A stretch of 64,000 bases of DNA from Vicugna vicugna (taxonomy: Eukaryota), in assembly GCA_013265495.1 (NCBI GenBank), contig MU058221.1, positions 4,882,066-4,946,065 of the forward strand. Reading direction: 5' to 3'. The notes beneath the pieces were generated by a model, which ran no database searches, was not told the origin of the DNA, and was given only the letters and a program-made list of their open reading frames with translations. Made by a program: the position numbers and the translations under genes. Below are positions 1 to 12,911 of this stretch, one piece after another (position 1 is the stretch's first letter; each line of letters starts with the position of its first letter).

Positions 1-625
1 ACCCAACCCAGGTCACCCCATGTCAGATCCCCAATTCACAGAGCAGTGGTCCTCACATTTTCTTGCTCTCTGCGAATGTATCGTCTCCTCTATTTCTAGC
101 TGAACAAAACCCTTTTAGCCCATCACGGATCAAGCCTCCCCACGCTGTTTTGTCCTCATGGAAGACATTCTTGTTTCTCCTTTAAGATCATCTCTGGAGT
201 TGCCTTCTGTTGCCTTGGGGTGGTGGCTTGACCCCCTGCTCCCACATGCAGCTCTGCTGTGGTACTCCTGAGCTGTCCACTTGTTTCTGGAGTAAGACTG
301 GGCTTCTGGAGGTCTAGATACCGGCTTCTGGTTCAGCTTAGAGTTCCTGGCACATAGGAGCTTCATAACCAAAGCTTATTGAGTTGATGTTTCAATGAAA
401 GGGCAAAAGGCATTTTAAACTCCCTCCCCTCTTTGCCACCATCCGTCAGATGTCCCCAGATCATCAGAATTACTCATCCACTCCTACCCGGTAAAGGTGG
501 CTGCAGCCTGGACCTGAGAAACCAGCCCCAAGCGGCCCCCAGCACGCTTCTGAGAACCACTAAGATAAACACGGAATGCACTCTCGCCGAATTCTGAGAA
601 GGAAAAGCCTTCAGAGGTCGCAGGG

Positions 626-811
626 TCCAGAGGCTCTCAACCCCGGCCGCACATTAGAATCATCTGGGGAGCTTTTAGAGAGTGCTCGTGCCCAGCCCCC
701 ACCCCCAGAGATTTTCATTCAGCTGGTCAGGGGTGGGGCCGAGGCTCGGGTGGAATTTTCTTAAAGCTCCACAGGGGCTTCTAATGTGCAGCCAAGTTTG
801 TGAACCGCTGC
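626..811. mobile_element. MER5-family hAT-Charlie MITE (MER5A/B-like)
   Basis: Motifs 'ctctcaacccc...cacattagaatcatctggggagctttt' and 'ttctaatgtgcagccaagtttgtgaaccgctg'; ~190 bp with quasi-palindromic structure. Confidence 0.8.
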
Positions 812-1059
812 TTTAGACCAGAGCGCCGTACGGAACATTTGAATGAAGGGTCTAAAAAGAGCTCTGCCTGGCGAGGTGGGGGCCTCCCCAAAAGACCACG
901 GGCTGGTGGCAGAGTCGCCAACGGTGACCCCTGGATTCTCTAAGCCCCTCCCTCCATTGTCCAGTCCTGTCGTTTCTTGACTGACTTTCCTGTGAGGAAC
1001 CAGAAGCCAACTCTGAACAGCATCTTGTTTCAAACTGAAGAGTGGCACGGAAGGGTGAT

Positions 1060-1375
1060 GTGTGAAACCACGGTGTCGGCAGGGTTTCTCCTGAGGTCTG
1101 CGAGGGGAGGATCTGTCCCAGGCCTCTCTCCACGGCTCACAGGGGCCGTCTCCTCCCTGCGTCTCTTCACATCTTCCCTCTGCCCGTGTCTGTGTCTACG
1201 CTTCCCCCTTTTATAAGGACACAAGTCATATTGGGTCAGGATCCACCCTGATGACCTCCTCTTAACTTGACTGCCTCTGCCTCTGGGAAGACCCTGTCTC
1301 TAAATGAGATCGTATTCTGAGGTCCTGGGAGTGAGGACTTCAGCATATCTTTTGGAGGGACATACAATTCAATGT
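1060..1375 (-). mobile_element. MLT1B/C-like MaLR LTR fragment
   Basis: Reverse complement reads 'ttgaattgtatgtccctccaaaagatatgctgaagtcctcactcccaggacctcagaat...', a typical MLT1 LTR 5' part; also 'ttttataaggacacaagtcatattgg'. Confidence 0.85.
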
Positions 1376-2892
1376 TTAAACTAATGCTCTCCAAGCTCGC
1401 CACCTGAGCTGCAGCTTTTAATGGGTGGAGCCCCACAGTAGAGTTTCCTTTACCCCCAAATCACTCAGAGCACGGAGACCAGGGCCTGTCGCTTCTCAGC
1501 ACCCCGCACTAACTGGCCAAGGGACTGACATCTGTTCCCTGGTTCTGGGGACACTTGGAGGACGATGGTTTACGTTCAGGCTTCCCCAGGGATGGATTTA
1601 TTTCCCCACAGCGGCAGGAGCAGCCGAGAGGCCGGAGGTAGAGGTGAGCCATGAGGGGTGGGCCTCCCTGCCCCAAGTAAAAGCCAGAGTCATGTGCTGG
1701 TGTTAAGCATCGGTTTGAGTGGATGCGCGAAAACGCTTCGGATGGAGGGCCTGTGTTGGTGGAGGTCCTGCTTTGGAAAGTACAGACTTTATCGCTGGTA
1801 AATGGTGAGGGAGTTGACGAGGGTGTGGAGTGAAAGCAGGCTTTCTCAGCCGTGGAAGTCACACATCAGCTGCTCACTCCTAAGGTTCTTAACGTGAGTC
1901 TGTCCACGGCCAGAATTTGGCGAGGGCTCTGAAAACTTTGATGGGGAAAAAAGTTACATCTTATTTTCGCAGCCTGAAAGTTTGCGTTTCCTTCGATTAT
2001 GAATGTAGACCGCAAACCAAAGCGATGTGAACAGCAGCTTAGACTGCCACCAGTAGGAACCGCTGAGATGATTTTTTTTAAAGCTAGGGCCATCGTGGAT
2101 ATCCTGAAGTACTGTTATCTTCATCACTGCTTCAAAACTAAGGTGGCTCCGAGACTGACCACTAGGTCTCATTTAAGGTGTTGATTAAATATTACTATAC
2201 AAAAATTTAAAATATTCTGATAACTGCATGTTCCTGTAATTGGTTTCCTCCTGCAACGCCATGTGTTTGTGCACTTTTTACCATTCTGAGGAGGGTCCCC
2301 AGGCTGCCAGCGGGGTCTGTGGTGCTGAAGAGGTTAAGAAGCCTTGGTGTGTGACTGTCATATGCCTTCCTATCCCCAGCGAGTGGGTAAATCCTACAAA
2401 TGGAGATACGTCTAGATTAGTCTTGACAATCACTGACGTAGCTAATATTTGTAGCTTTCATTTTTGGCTCCTTGGGCTAACCCGCGTGTGCATGTGCACT
2501 CCCATGGACTTGGACACCTCTTCTTTTCAAAAACGTTAAGGATTAGGTAGGCGTTTTAGAACACGCTCAGCCTTAAATCTGCTCTCCTGTCCTGTTGGGT
2601 CCTGCTTGGGAAAGCCGATCCCTGTCTCTGTCCGGTCCGCTCTACTGTGTGGGGCTGAGAGTGGCTTTTGGCAAAATAACCATCTACTTTCCCAGAGCCA
2701 GATGCACTGGGGAGTGTCCTCGGTCACTGTGCAAATGTGCAAACCTTCCTTGCACTGGTGCCTGCGCTGCCCGTGTTGGAGGTGAAAGCTGGGCTCGGAG
2801 AACCCGTTCCAGGAAAAACATAAATGGTGGGCGTGAAAATGATCTGATTGAAGTTGATCAGGGTTATGGGTTGTTTTTGGAATTTTGTTTGC

Positions 2893-3195
2893 TTATTACT
2901 TTTCTTTCGAAATAATTAGACTCACAGGTAGGCAGAAATGGTGCATTAGGGTCCCGGGAATTCTTCCAACGGTTTCCCCCTGGGTAACATCTTATTTATA
3001 CAGCTCAAGTTCAATACCAAAATGAGGATATTGACACTGGTACATTACTGTTAACTGGATTATAGGCCTTATTCAGGGCTCGCCGTTTTTAACACGCCTT
3101 CACTGTGTGTGTGTGTGTGTGTTTATACAGTTATATGCAGTTTGTTCCCATGTAGAGATTTTTCTAACTCCTCCAACAATCATGATACAGAATAG
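2893..3195 (-). mobile_element. Old L1 (L1MC/L1MD-like) 3' end
   Basis: 'gaaataattagactcacagg...ttccccc..ggtaacatctt...gatattgacactggtaca' plus internal (TG)n, typical of L1MC/MD 3' UTR antisense. Confidence 0.7.
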
Positions 3196-6100
3196 GTTAT
3201 AGGGTGTATTTTTGAAGCTTGGTTTTTTTGAGGCACATAGCCTGGTTGTTCCATTAACCAGAGCACGGTCCGTCAGCCTCAGGGCTGGAGGTAGTGACTT
3301 GACGCGTCCAGAGGCCTTTGTAGCATTTGAACTCCAGTCCTAGGTGTGGTTGCCATTCACAAGGTCCCGTCTGGACCTGGAGCCCCGCAGCAGGAGTCTT
3401 GGCTGACGAAGGGGCCCGCAGTCTGTAGGCACAGCGCCCCGTGTTTCTCTGGGCTGGGGAGGGGGCGTAAGGCAAGAGAGAGGCAGGGAACTAGGGCAGA
3501 AGCCAACTCCCTGGGGTTCAGAGAAGGGCTCCAGGCCTCACAGGGGATGGGGGGCCAGGCAGGGACGAGAGGATGCCTGGGCACACATGGGGTGGGTTGT
3601 CGGGAAAGGTCATAACTCGGTGGGCTTGGGAGGACCCAGGGGCCCTGCCCATCCTTCCAGACACCCCTGACCTGGCTGTGCTGAGTGCTTCCTCTGTTGA
3701 TGTGGCCTCAAGATGCAGGATGGGAATGTTTGTTGCCTCGCTGCCCATGCTCTTGTTGTGAGGTCGTGGTACAAGAGAAGATACCTGATACAGATTGCAG
3801 AGAACACTCAGAACAAAGGTGGCAACTTTTCCCAAAGCCAGCCGTGTGTTTATTGTGCCTTTGGCGCTTCCCAGTTACAGGACGCCTGATTAAGTGGAAC
3901 ATCCATTCCCCAACCACGCAGAGTAACAGGGCTCACCGCGTCTGGGTTTATGATTTTAGCTAGCCGTTTGGAGATGTTGGCACACAGGTGTCTATTTTAT
4001 TTCCTGTTTGCTGGTTTTTCCAGTTTCTTTGGTTTAGGTTTTCAGCCAAGCACTTAACAGGACCTAACCTCTAATAGTCGGAGATGACACCCTGCTCCAT
4101 CTCTGCAGACACACCCCGCTGCTGGATGATTCTGGCAACATGGGGCTGCCTGGTAAGTGCCAGTGGATGGTACAAGGCTAGCTCCCAGGAGCACGTGCTG
4201 GGACGTTGGATGGAAGATGCTGAGAAGGGGAGAGACGGAAGGCTGATTCAGACAGGCAGGCCCAACACAGGCCCTGAGGGGCTCCAGGAACCCAGGTGGA
4301 GGTGGAGGTGGAGGTGGGGCCAGCATTCCAGAGAGGAGGCCAGCACAGTGCCAGGGAATTGGGGGAGGCCAGGTGCCGCCGGCGTGAGCACCAGCCACTG
4401 ACTGGCAAAGCTGGGGTTCAGACGGAACCCGGGAGCTGCAGCCACAAGCAGGTGGTCAGAGGACAGCCTCGCAGGCATTTGTAAATAAAATTTTTGAAAC
4501 CAAACTTGCAGTAGGAGGCCAAGGTTGCTACCATCCCAGGAAGGAAATCTGATTGAGATAATGTCCTGGCTCCATTTCCTTCATTCTGCTCACCTTCCCT
4601 TTCCGACCAGTTCCATCTTCCAAAACACCATCATCCTGTACCTTCATTTCTAAGAAAGCAGCAGTTACACCTTTTTACTTCGTACACCTAGTTCCCGAGG
4701 CCTTCCGCACCTGACCTCAGCCAGTCGGGCCAGCCTGACTTCTAATGAGTCCTGTCATTCAGCGTTTCCGAACACGCCCGTTTCCCACACTTGGGGCATT
4801 TCTGCTTCTCTTCCAGACTTCATCCTACAACCTTCTGTCCCTTTGCTAACAGCGCTGGCTTTGATGAGCTGAACTCCACATTAACCCACTGTCACGTTTC
4901 TCCCATGTGCCTCACAATCAAACACAATTGGTTTGTTATATAATGGTACCTTTATTGTCTTGTAACTTCTGTATGTTACTTATCTATGTGTGATAGTGAG
5001 TTAGACAAAGCATGTTGTGTTGGTCCCTAATTGGAGGGCGGGCAGGGACCCTGTGCTGTATATTTTGTCCACCTTGGGCACGTTGGACACCAGGATGGCC
5101 ATCTCCATGCCTCATCAGTGCTTGCTGAGTGATGGAAACAGCCAGCTCCCATCACGCAGCACCTGACAGCTCTGCTCTGGGTCCTTATTCCGCAGGCTTT
5201 TCCAGAGCAGACTGGAATTTGCAGGCTCCCTGTGTAGTAGTCATTAGCCTGGAATGCAAGGGACTAGCAATCAGGGTATTTTAGTGAATGGTCAGGTTTT
5301 ATCTGAGTGTGTGATAATCAGTTAAACTCACTTTGAGTTAACTGTGAAAGATCAGAATTGGGAAAAAAAAAACCAGAACAATATTTTCTTGTAATTACAA
5401 CTTGAAGTAGTTAAAACTTACTTTCTGCAAACTCAAGTCTAGAGCGTGGTGAGGTAGACTTGAAAGAAGAAATTTTGATGAGGTCTCAGGGGCCAAGAGT
5501 TTTCTAACTCTCTGAAAGGGCTCCCTCAGCCCAGTGAATAGGGATGTCTACACTGCCTTCCCTTCAGTGTAGAGAGAGGAGCTGACTTGGCTCCTTTGGG
5601 CCATCTTAGGCTTGGGGCAGAGGCCACGTGTTCCGTGGGTGGGCCTCATTTTCAGGAACATCGAGTCTAGCGTTTTTAACAAAGTAAGCAATCTCTGACT
5701 GTAGAATTAAGTCAGTTTGTTGGGGGGAAAGTCATATATATTCATCAAAGGGAAATCAAACCATATAGAAAGTCGAGATACTAAAAAGTTTAAGGGGCAA
5801 ATAACACTGCCCCTGGTTTGGATTGCCAGATTGTGGGCTGTTTCAGCTACCATCACTCTGTTCTAAAACATGCCAGAATTTCCAGGGATAGCCAGCAGCT
5901 CCTTCTTGCTTTCTCTGCCACTGCCTTTCTGCTACTGTCTAAAATTCCCTTATTATGGGCAGAGAGAGTTCTGTGATTCCTCCTACCCCTCTGTCTGCTA
6001 ATTGGAGCAGATGGATCTTTAGTGCTGAACGTTTCAAGAAAGAAAAATGGCGCCCGGGGGACTCCCCCAGAGTGGAGCTTTGAAAGTCAGTTTTTCCTGC

Positions 6101-6644
6101 CCACCCAGGAAGCCAGCGCACGGTAGGTGCGAAGGTGGTGCCCTCTCTCCTGCAGGGAGCCTGTGGACGGAGAATTCACTCGGGTTTTCCTGTCTAGGAG
6201 TATTTTGGAAAATGCACACCTCGAAGTTAGTTTTGTTTCCATTTGCCAAAAGGATAGTGAGGCGGTTGGGTTTTCAGACATTTGGGGGAAGGACCGTGCC
6301 AGAGTGATGTGGGGCAAGGGCTGGGGAGCAGGGATTCTGTTTTAAAATGCAAAGGCCTGGGCTTCGCCCCTGGGTATTCTGATTCAGGTGGGCCAGGGCT
6401 GGGCGGCGGTAAGGACTCCTAGGGTGGTTGTGACCACAGCGAGGCCCAGAAACCTCATGGTGTGCGCTCCCGACTCACAGGGCCCGGCTGTGGACCTTGA
6501 AGAGAATGTCTGTCTCCTTTAAGGACCTTCAGTGCTTCTGCTGTGGGTCAGGATTGGTCCATATGAAACTGCCATTCTTGGAGTTTGCAAATAGCTGATG
6601 ATCAGCCATTCCGTATGATCGAACTGATAGAAAGACCATGAAAT

Positions 6645-6790
6645 CAGGCCCACCTGGGCTTGGAGCCGAGCGTCTCCCGGCTGCCAGCCTCCCAGCTTTG
6701 GCAAGTCCGTTTTGTCATCTGTAGGATGGGGATTGTGACCTCACCTTTGCCAGATTATCTTAAAGCGGAGCGATCACGCGTGTCGAGTGA
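6645..6790 (+). mobile_element. MIR SINE fragment
   Basis: Degenerate core 'ttggcaagtc...tttgtcatctgtaggatggggatt'. Confidence 0.55.
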
Positions 6791-7239
6791 TTCAGTCTCA
6801 CTGTTTTTACCGTATTGGGGTAACTTTCGCCGCCTCCCCCATCCAACTTCTTACTCTAAAACACATCCTTTTTGTGGATGTGGGTCCTGGGGGTGCCTTG
6901 GGGCTCCAGTTTCTCAGTTTCCACTGCTCCTGCGTGTTCTCCTGGACTGTCCTGTGAGTTGGGCTGTGCCATCCTGTATCCGTCACCAGACGCCCCTGGC
7001 ATTTCATGCCCCAAGTCACACTCAGCAGTGTGTCCAGCCAGGTGTGCCAACAGGGTTGTCAGCATCACAGAAAGTGATGTCCAGGTCCTGGGGCGACGTT
7101 GAGGGAATGACGGGGTGATAGCCCTCCTCCTCTCGGTCCAGGCAGAAGCCAGCATCCTCCCCCTCTGGCCCCGCCCCCTCACATCCTTTGTTCCGCCCAT
7201 ACTTCTTGTTTCCCTCTGGGCTGCTTCAGAGCCTTTGTG

Positions 7240-7535
7240 CTTGCTGTGTGCCCCCTCCACCGAGAACATTCTTCCCTCTAACTCCATGGCTCACTCCCCC
7301 ACTTCTTTGATGTGACTGGCATCTCCTCGGTTTCCTGACCACCTTATTTCAGATTGCAGCCCTCGCTCTCCCTCTCCCCTGCTCTATTTCACTCCATGGC
7401 CCTTGTCACCGCTGTTTGTCACTGTCCCTCCCCTCCTACTAGAACATCAGCCCCACGGGGGCTTGTCCACCACTGTGTCTTGGCACCAGAGCAGTGCTGA
7501 GCACACAGTAGGTGCCCAATAAACAATTTTTAATA
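7240..7535 (+). mobile_element. L2 (L2a-like) 3' end
   Basis: Terminal motif 'cagtgctgagcacacagtaggtgcccaataaa' preceded by 'ctagaacatcagcccca'. Confidence 0.75.
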
Positions 7536-7562
7536 AAAAAATAAGCAGCCACAGTGTTTTAA

Positions 7563-7660
7563 CTTTTTTTTTCTTTTTTGTTAGTGGAGGTACTGGGGAC
7601 TGAACCCAGGACCTCGTGTGTCCTAAGCATGCACTTTACCACTGTCCTATACCCTCCCCA
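7563..7660 (-). mobile_element. Camelid tRNA-derived SINE (Vic-1-type), short form
   Basis: Reverse complement 'ggggagggtataggacagtggtaaagtgcatgcttagg...ggtcctgggttcagtccccagtacctcc' plus A tail; perfect 13-bp TSD cacagtgttttaa at 7550-7562 and 7665-7677. Confidence 0.9.
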
Positions 7661-8199
7661 ACAACACAGTGTTTTAAAAGATCCAAATGTGCCGACTTTT
7701 CTCATCCAGACCTTGTTTCCAGAGGAAAATTCAACTCATCCGACAGACCTTCCTTTCCAAAGGAACACGAAGACGACAAGGTGATCTTCTCCCCACCTTT
7801 TCCTGCTCAGTGTCAGCAGAGGGGCCTCACCCAGGGGCCTGACTGGGACCATCGGCTCTGAGCATCGGGACAAGCAGGGACCTACGCTTGCGCAGCTGAG
7901 GTGGGGGGAGGGGGCGGCGGCGATGAGACATCCTGACAGTGGCCCGATGTTGGCTGACAGCCTGCCAGCGAGCATCGAGCATCGGAGGCAGGAGACAGAA
8001 ACCCAAAAAAGGGCACCATGTGGGGATATTAAGGAGCACTTTGCGGAGGGGGGGCACATTATTTTGATTATAGCACATGGTGCCCAGTCAGTGAGTATTG
8101 AAACAGTGACCTTGAATTGTTAGTAAAGATTACATTGAATTGAACATACCCCGTACATCAAGGAGAGTAGCAAACATATTTAGACTCCCGTCAAGCCAG

Positions 8200-8612
8200 T
8201 TTTTAAAATAACAGCTTTATTGAGACAATTTCCACACCGTAAAATTCATCCTTTTAAAGGGTACAATTTAGTCATTTTTATTATATTCGCAGAGTTGTGT
8301 AACCATCACCACTGTCTAAATTTAGGACATTTTTGTCACCCTGTGAGCAGTCACTCTGTGTTTTCCCTTACACCCAGCCCTTGCAACTTTCTTTCTCTAT
8401 GTTCTGGATATTTTGTATAAATGGAATCATGCTACATATGATCTCTTGTGTCTTGCTTCTTTTATTCAGCCTGATGTTTTCAAGGTTCATCTGTGTTGTG
8501 GCATGTAACAGCACTCTATTCCTTTTTATGGCTGAGTACTATTCCATTGTATGGATATACCACATTTTGTTTACCCATTCATCTGTCAGTGAACATTTGG
8601 ATTCTTCCTACT
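8200..8612 (-). mobile_element. L1MB-like 3' UTR
   Basis: 'aacagctttattgaga...aaaattcatccttttaaag.gtacaatt...ttgtgtaaccatcaccac...tattccattgtatggatataccacatttt'. Confidence 0.85.
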
Positions 8613-11600
8613 GCCACTGAGCCATTTTGAAAAGTGATGGAGGGCTTGATGCTAGTGGGGTTTCCTTGCTCCTAAATTGGAGGCTCACACCCTTCTGTGC
8701 TGGTGTACATTGTGTGAGATTACCAAAGTCTTCCTCTTTGACCTGCAAGTCAAATCTGAACTCAGTAGCCTCCCCACCTCCTCCCTCCAATCTCCATTCC
8801 TGCCCGCCTGGTCTCTCCACAGTCAGCTCTGAGAGCCTCCCGTTCTCCCCAGCTGTGCTCTCCCCAGCTGTGCCCTCCCCTGCTGGCAATCCTGGGCTTC
8901 TTGCAGTCACTTCAGGTGCCTGTGAAACCCACTTCTCTGCCTCAGGACCCTTGTATTAGGCCAGCTCTGAGGGCCTTTTTGGCATGACTGCCTGAGACAG
9001 TTACTGATGTTTACATGTATGTTTTCTTGTTAAGTATACTTTTTTCCCCTTTGATGTCATTGCCTTGCCTTATGGCCTCCACCAAACCACGCATGCGACA
9101 CTGCCGGACAGTGTCTTGTAATGTCCTTGTCCCCGGGCCCGCCAGGGGCAGCTCACGGTGGGTTCTCTGAGTGCTGGCTGGTTTAGTGTCTGGGAGTTTG
9201 GAGCCCTTTGCCATGTAACTGGAGAGGATGGAGGGATGAATGGAGCCACCTGCTCAGCTGCACAATGGTCTTTAGAGGGGGGATCAGGTTTAAATCACTT
9301 CAAATTCTGTGTTGACCTCCCATTGTTAATTGCTAAGAGTGTGTGGCCGAACCAGCTGAAAAGGAACTGGAATTTTGGTTAAAACTTTAAACCATGGATT
9401 TTCTTGGTGACCATGTTCACCTGCGTGAATGCCACAGAATAGCAACAGGTGCCCAGCGCCCATTCGGGGGGACCTTTGATAACTCCTGTTCCCTTCCCTC
9501 CTGGTCACAGACCTAAGCATCAAGTTAGTGTAGGGGGGTGGGGTGTGACTTGCGATAACCACATCGGGAACAACGGGGTCCGCCTGGTCCTTTGTCCCCT
9601 CGCAGTCTCTGTTTTCCAGGTGGATCCGGTAATCCACATCAGCAGGTAACTTAGTTGAGTTTTTTCACTGCCTCTCTGTTGTCTGCGTTCATTGTCTGCT
9701 GAGATGATAGTGAACAGCAAAAGAAGAAAATTAAAATAGGAAGGTGGGAAGGGCAGGAAGAGAATCCGTAGGCTCGGTAAACAAAAGTTGGCTGTAACAG
9801 GAGCCAGGATGTGGAAGCGCGACCAAGGACTTCTGCCTCTCTCGGTGCAGGCCCTCCGTGTCTTTCGTTTTGCTTGGCTCATCTCCCCGTCTCATTCTTA
9901 CCAGACATGTTTAGGTCAGCGTTTTTGTTTTTTGTTGTTGGTTTTTTTTTTTTTTCGGTGGGGGTGGTGTGGGCAGGGGCTGTTCCTGAAGAAAAGGAGA
10001 GATAATTAGATGGATCTCTTAAAGTCAGAGTTTGAGATTAGACGGCTGGGTGGGTTGGTTCCAATGAAGACGGACTTCCTTCTGACGCAACGTTTCCTAG
10101 CTTTTGTAGGAAGCCATCTCTTCCTCCCTGCAGTGGTGACAGACGCACTCATCCTTTTCCCCCTGTGGCAAGGGTGTAAAATGATGACTTTTGCAGGGTG
10201 TACTGGGATGAGCAAAAAGGTGGGAGCTGGTCAACCCCGGAGGCTCTGTTGCCTTGGGCATACTCTGGCCCACTGTGAGGCCAAGAGCCACCAGCTGGTT
10301 GGAAACTGGTGTATTGGTCCAAGCCCTGGGAGACCTGGCTTTGAGACTCTGATTCCCACTGACTGTGTTTACCTCAAAGCAGATCGTGGTTGGAACTGAT
10401 TTCTGGAAGCCCCTGAGCCCACCAGTTCCTGCAGGTAGATTATTCAATACCTTCCTCCCCACACCTCTGCACGGAGGAGACCAGGGTTTGGTGGTTACTT
10501 CTGCTGTTGGACAGCTCCACTGGGTTCCAGAGAAGGGCGTTTCTTCCTTAGATTTAGCTCCTGTCTTCTCCATTCCTCACTCTGGAGTCCCCCAGGGTGA
10601 CCTCCTCTGTTTCCCTGGCCATCAGGCTATGCTGTCTTAGAGCGACTGGTCCTCATGTGGGCTGTGCCCTTCTCGTCCGTCACCATCCTGTCAAATATGG
10701 CTTTGTGCAAGTTACCTGTTCTTGTTCCAAAGGAAGATCAGTGGCTCCTGAACACCTGCTATATATATATAAGAAGTTATGTATAATATAAGACACTACA
10801 TTATAGATAATTGTGTATTTATTTTAAGGTCAACATCTACCCCATTATATAAAAAAGGTGATAATTTCATCACCTAACGAACGTATTTTCATTTGAGTAT
10901 TTCCTTTGCTTTTATTCTGATGAATCCAGTTGTATAGTTATCATCAGAGTACAATATACAGAGTTGCAGTCATTTCCTCCACAGTTCTCGGCACCGTAAG
11001 ACGAAGACTAAAGAACACAAACATTTTGCGGCTACAGTGAGCGTTGGGGTGGCTGCACCTCGTTCAGCGGAGCAGACCCAGAGTCTAGAAAGAGACACCG
11101 AGTAGAGAGCAGACCAGTGATGTCGGGGGTCCTCCCTGCCCTGGGAGGAAGCAGGGCACCTTGAGGGAAGGGGAAGGAGTCGGTGTGAGGTCGGGCCACC
11201 TCCTGAGCTCCCGGGAACCTCTCCGTACGCAGGACAGTGAGCGCTTAGAGAGGAAAGGAGGAAGTTTGGGAACCGTTTTAATCTTTTAGAAAAGAAAAGA
11301 AAGCAGTGCCCTTTTAACACACTTTTCAGAATTTCCTGTGTTTCATGTTAGCGGTGCCTGTTTTGGCTTCCTTTCATGGTAGTAAACACAGTCTGATTTG
11401 TTTAGCAGTTTCCTTCCCCCTCAAATACCATCGCTGATCAATTCTGCCGTTGCCGGAGTCATACATGCATTCACCAGTCTCTTTCCTTCCACCTCTCTCC
11501 CCCAACTCCTCCATTTATAGGCTCCCACTGTGCTCTCAAGGCTCCAGGAGGGGCTGTGATCGGGGGTGTTGGGGGGAAAAGGGGCAGCTGTGTAGGAGAT

Positions 11601-12359
11601 GCTTCTACCCTCCGTCCCAGGCGGCTCACTGTCTTGAGGCTCAGAGCACTGGTGTTTAATTGTCCTCTGAGATAGTGGTTTGCCCATTTTATAGAGAGGG
11701 AAACGGAGGCCTGCTTAGTCACTGGAATCGGAGGTCGGCATGGCCTCGCTGCAGCCCTGGCTCGGCTGTGGTTGCCGTCTGTCCTGTCTGAACTTCGAGA
11801 GCCACCGAGACAGGTGGTCAGGGCTGCGTTTTTAAACACTGTTGTCTTAAGTGTCTCAAGCAAGGGTCACTGTGGTGCCTCAGCCGGCCCTGCCGGCGTC
11901 TCCTGGGGGCGAGTGGAGCTTGGGTGGAGGAGACAGTCAAGAAGAGGGTGCACAGGAGGAGACGGGGGCTGGCTGGCCCAAGGTGAGAGGGTGGGGCCTT
12001 TCAGAGGCCCTGCTGGGAGAGGACGGGGTCCCGCAGGCCAGGCCGATGCTACTCAGATACGCCCAGCTGCGTTCCCTCCAAAGCCACCCACGTTCTGCAG
12101 GCGTTGTCTCCCTGGCCTGGAACAGCAAAAAGGGAGTAAGTTGCCTGTAACTGCCGTGGTAAAATCAGTACAGCCACTCACCTTGAACTCAAAATAAGGC
12201 TGACCTTTCGAATGAAATTGGGAACACCTGGAGTTTGTTTCCTACCAATTGGGCACAGAGCGGTTTCTGGTTTTTCTCGGAATGAAACACAGCCTGAGGG
12301 CTGGAGGACTTCACCGGGTCTCAGGTGCACCAGCTTCGTCTGCAGGGCTGGGTGGTCAA

Positions 12360-12485
12360 CGCTCATTGCTGGGCCCACCCCAGAGATTCATGTTCCAGGG
12401 GGTCCGGGTGGGGTGGGGGCCCTGGGAACATGCATTTCTGACAAAGTCTCCTGTGATGCGGCTGCTGCCCTGAGGTCCTCTGTCC
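12360..12485. mobile_element. MER5A-like MITE fragment
   Basis: 'attgctgggcccaccccagaga...tgcatttctgacaa..tcctgtgatgcggctgctgc'. Confidence 0.65.
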
Positions 12486-12742
12486 TGGGGCACCTCTCAG
12501 ATCTGGGGCTTTGTTCCCGTCTTCACCCTCCAAAACCAGCACAGTGAGCGCGGTAGAGAGCTGTTGTCTAAAAGAGAATTTATTTCCTTTCAGCGTATGG
12601 GGTAGTCTAGAGACTCTGGCTGAGGCCCGAAGCTGAACTGCCCCCCCAGCCCTGCCCACAGCCCTTCCTCCGTCCCCCGGGGCTGGATCCTTCCGTTACC
12701 TGCCTCCCTGCGAAGGGGTCAGAATAGGGCTTGAGTGAGCCT

Positions 12743-12911
12743 GACCTCGAAGAAATGGACAAATCTCTAGAAACATACAGTCTTCCCAGACTGAATCAGG
12801 AAGAAATAGAAAATCTGAACAGATTGATCACCAGTAAAGAAAGTGAATCAGTCATTAAAACAAAAAAAACCCCAGCACAGAGAAGTCTAGGGACAGACAG
12901 CTTTACAGGGG
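12743..12911 (+). mobile_element. Isolated internal LINE-1 ORF2 fragment (region just upstream of the RT domain)
   Basis: Translates as [52 protein letters not shown], matching ORF2p [37 protein letters not shown]; no 3' UTR or poly(A). Confidence 0.92.

Noticed and set aside
9620..9645. Candidate + strand micro-exon (ttttccAG|gtggatcc...cagcag|GTaact)
   Set aside because: Plausible splice signals, but 26 nt, no recognisable product, and such matches are expected by chance in 64 kb
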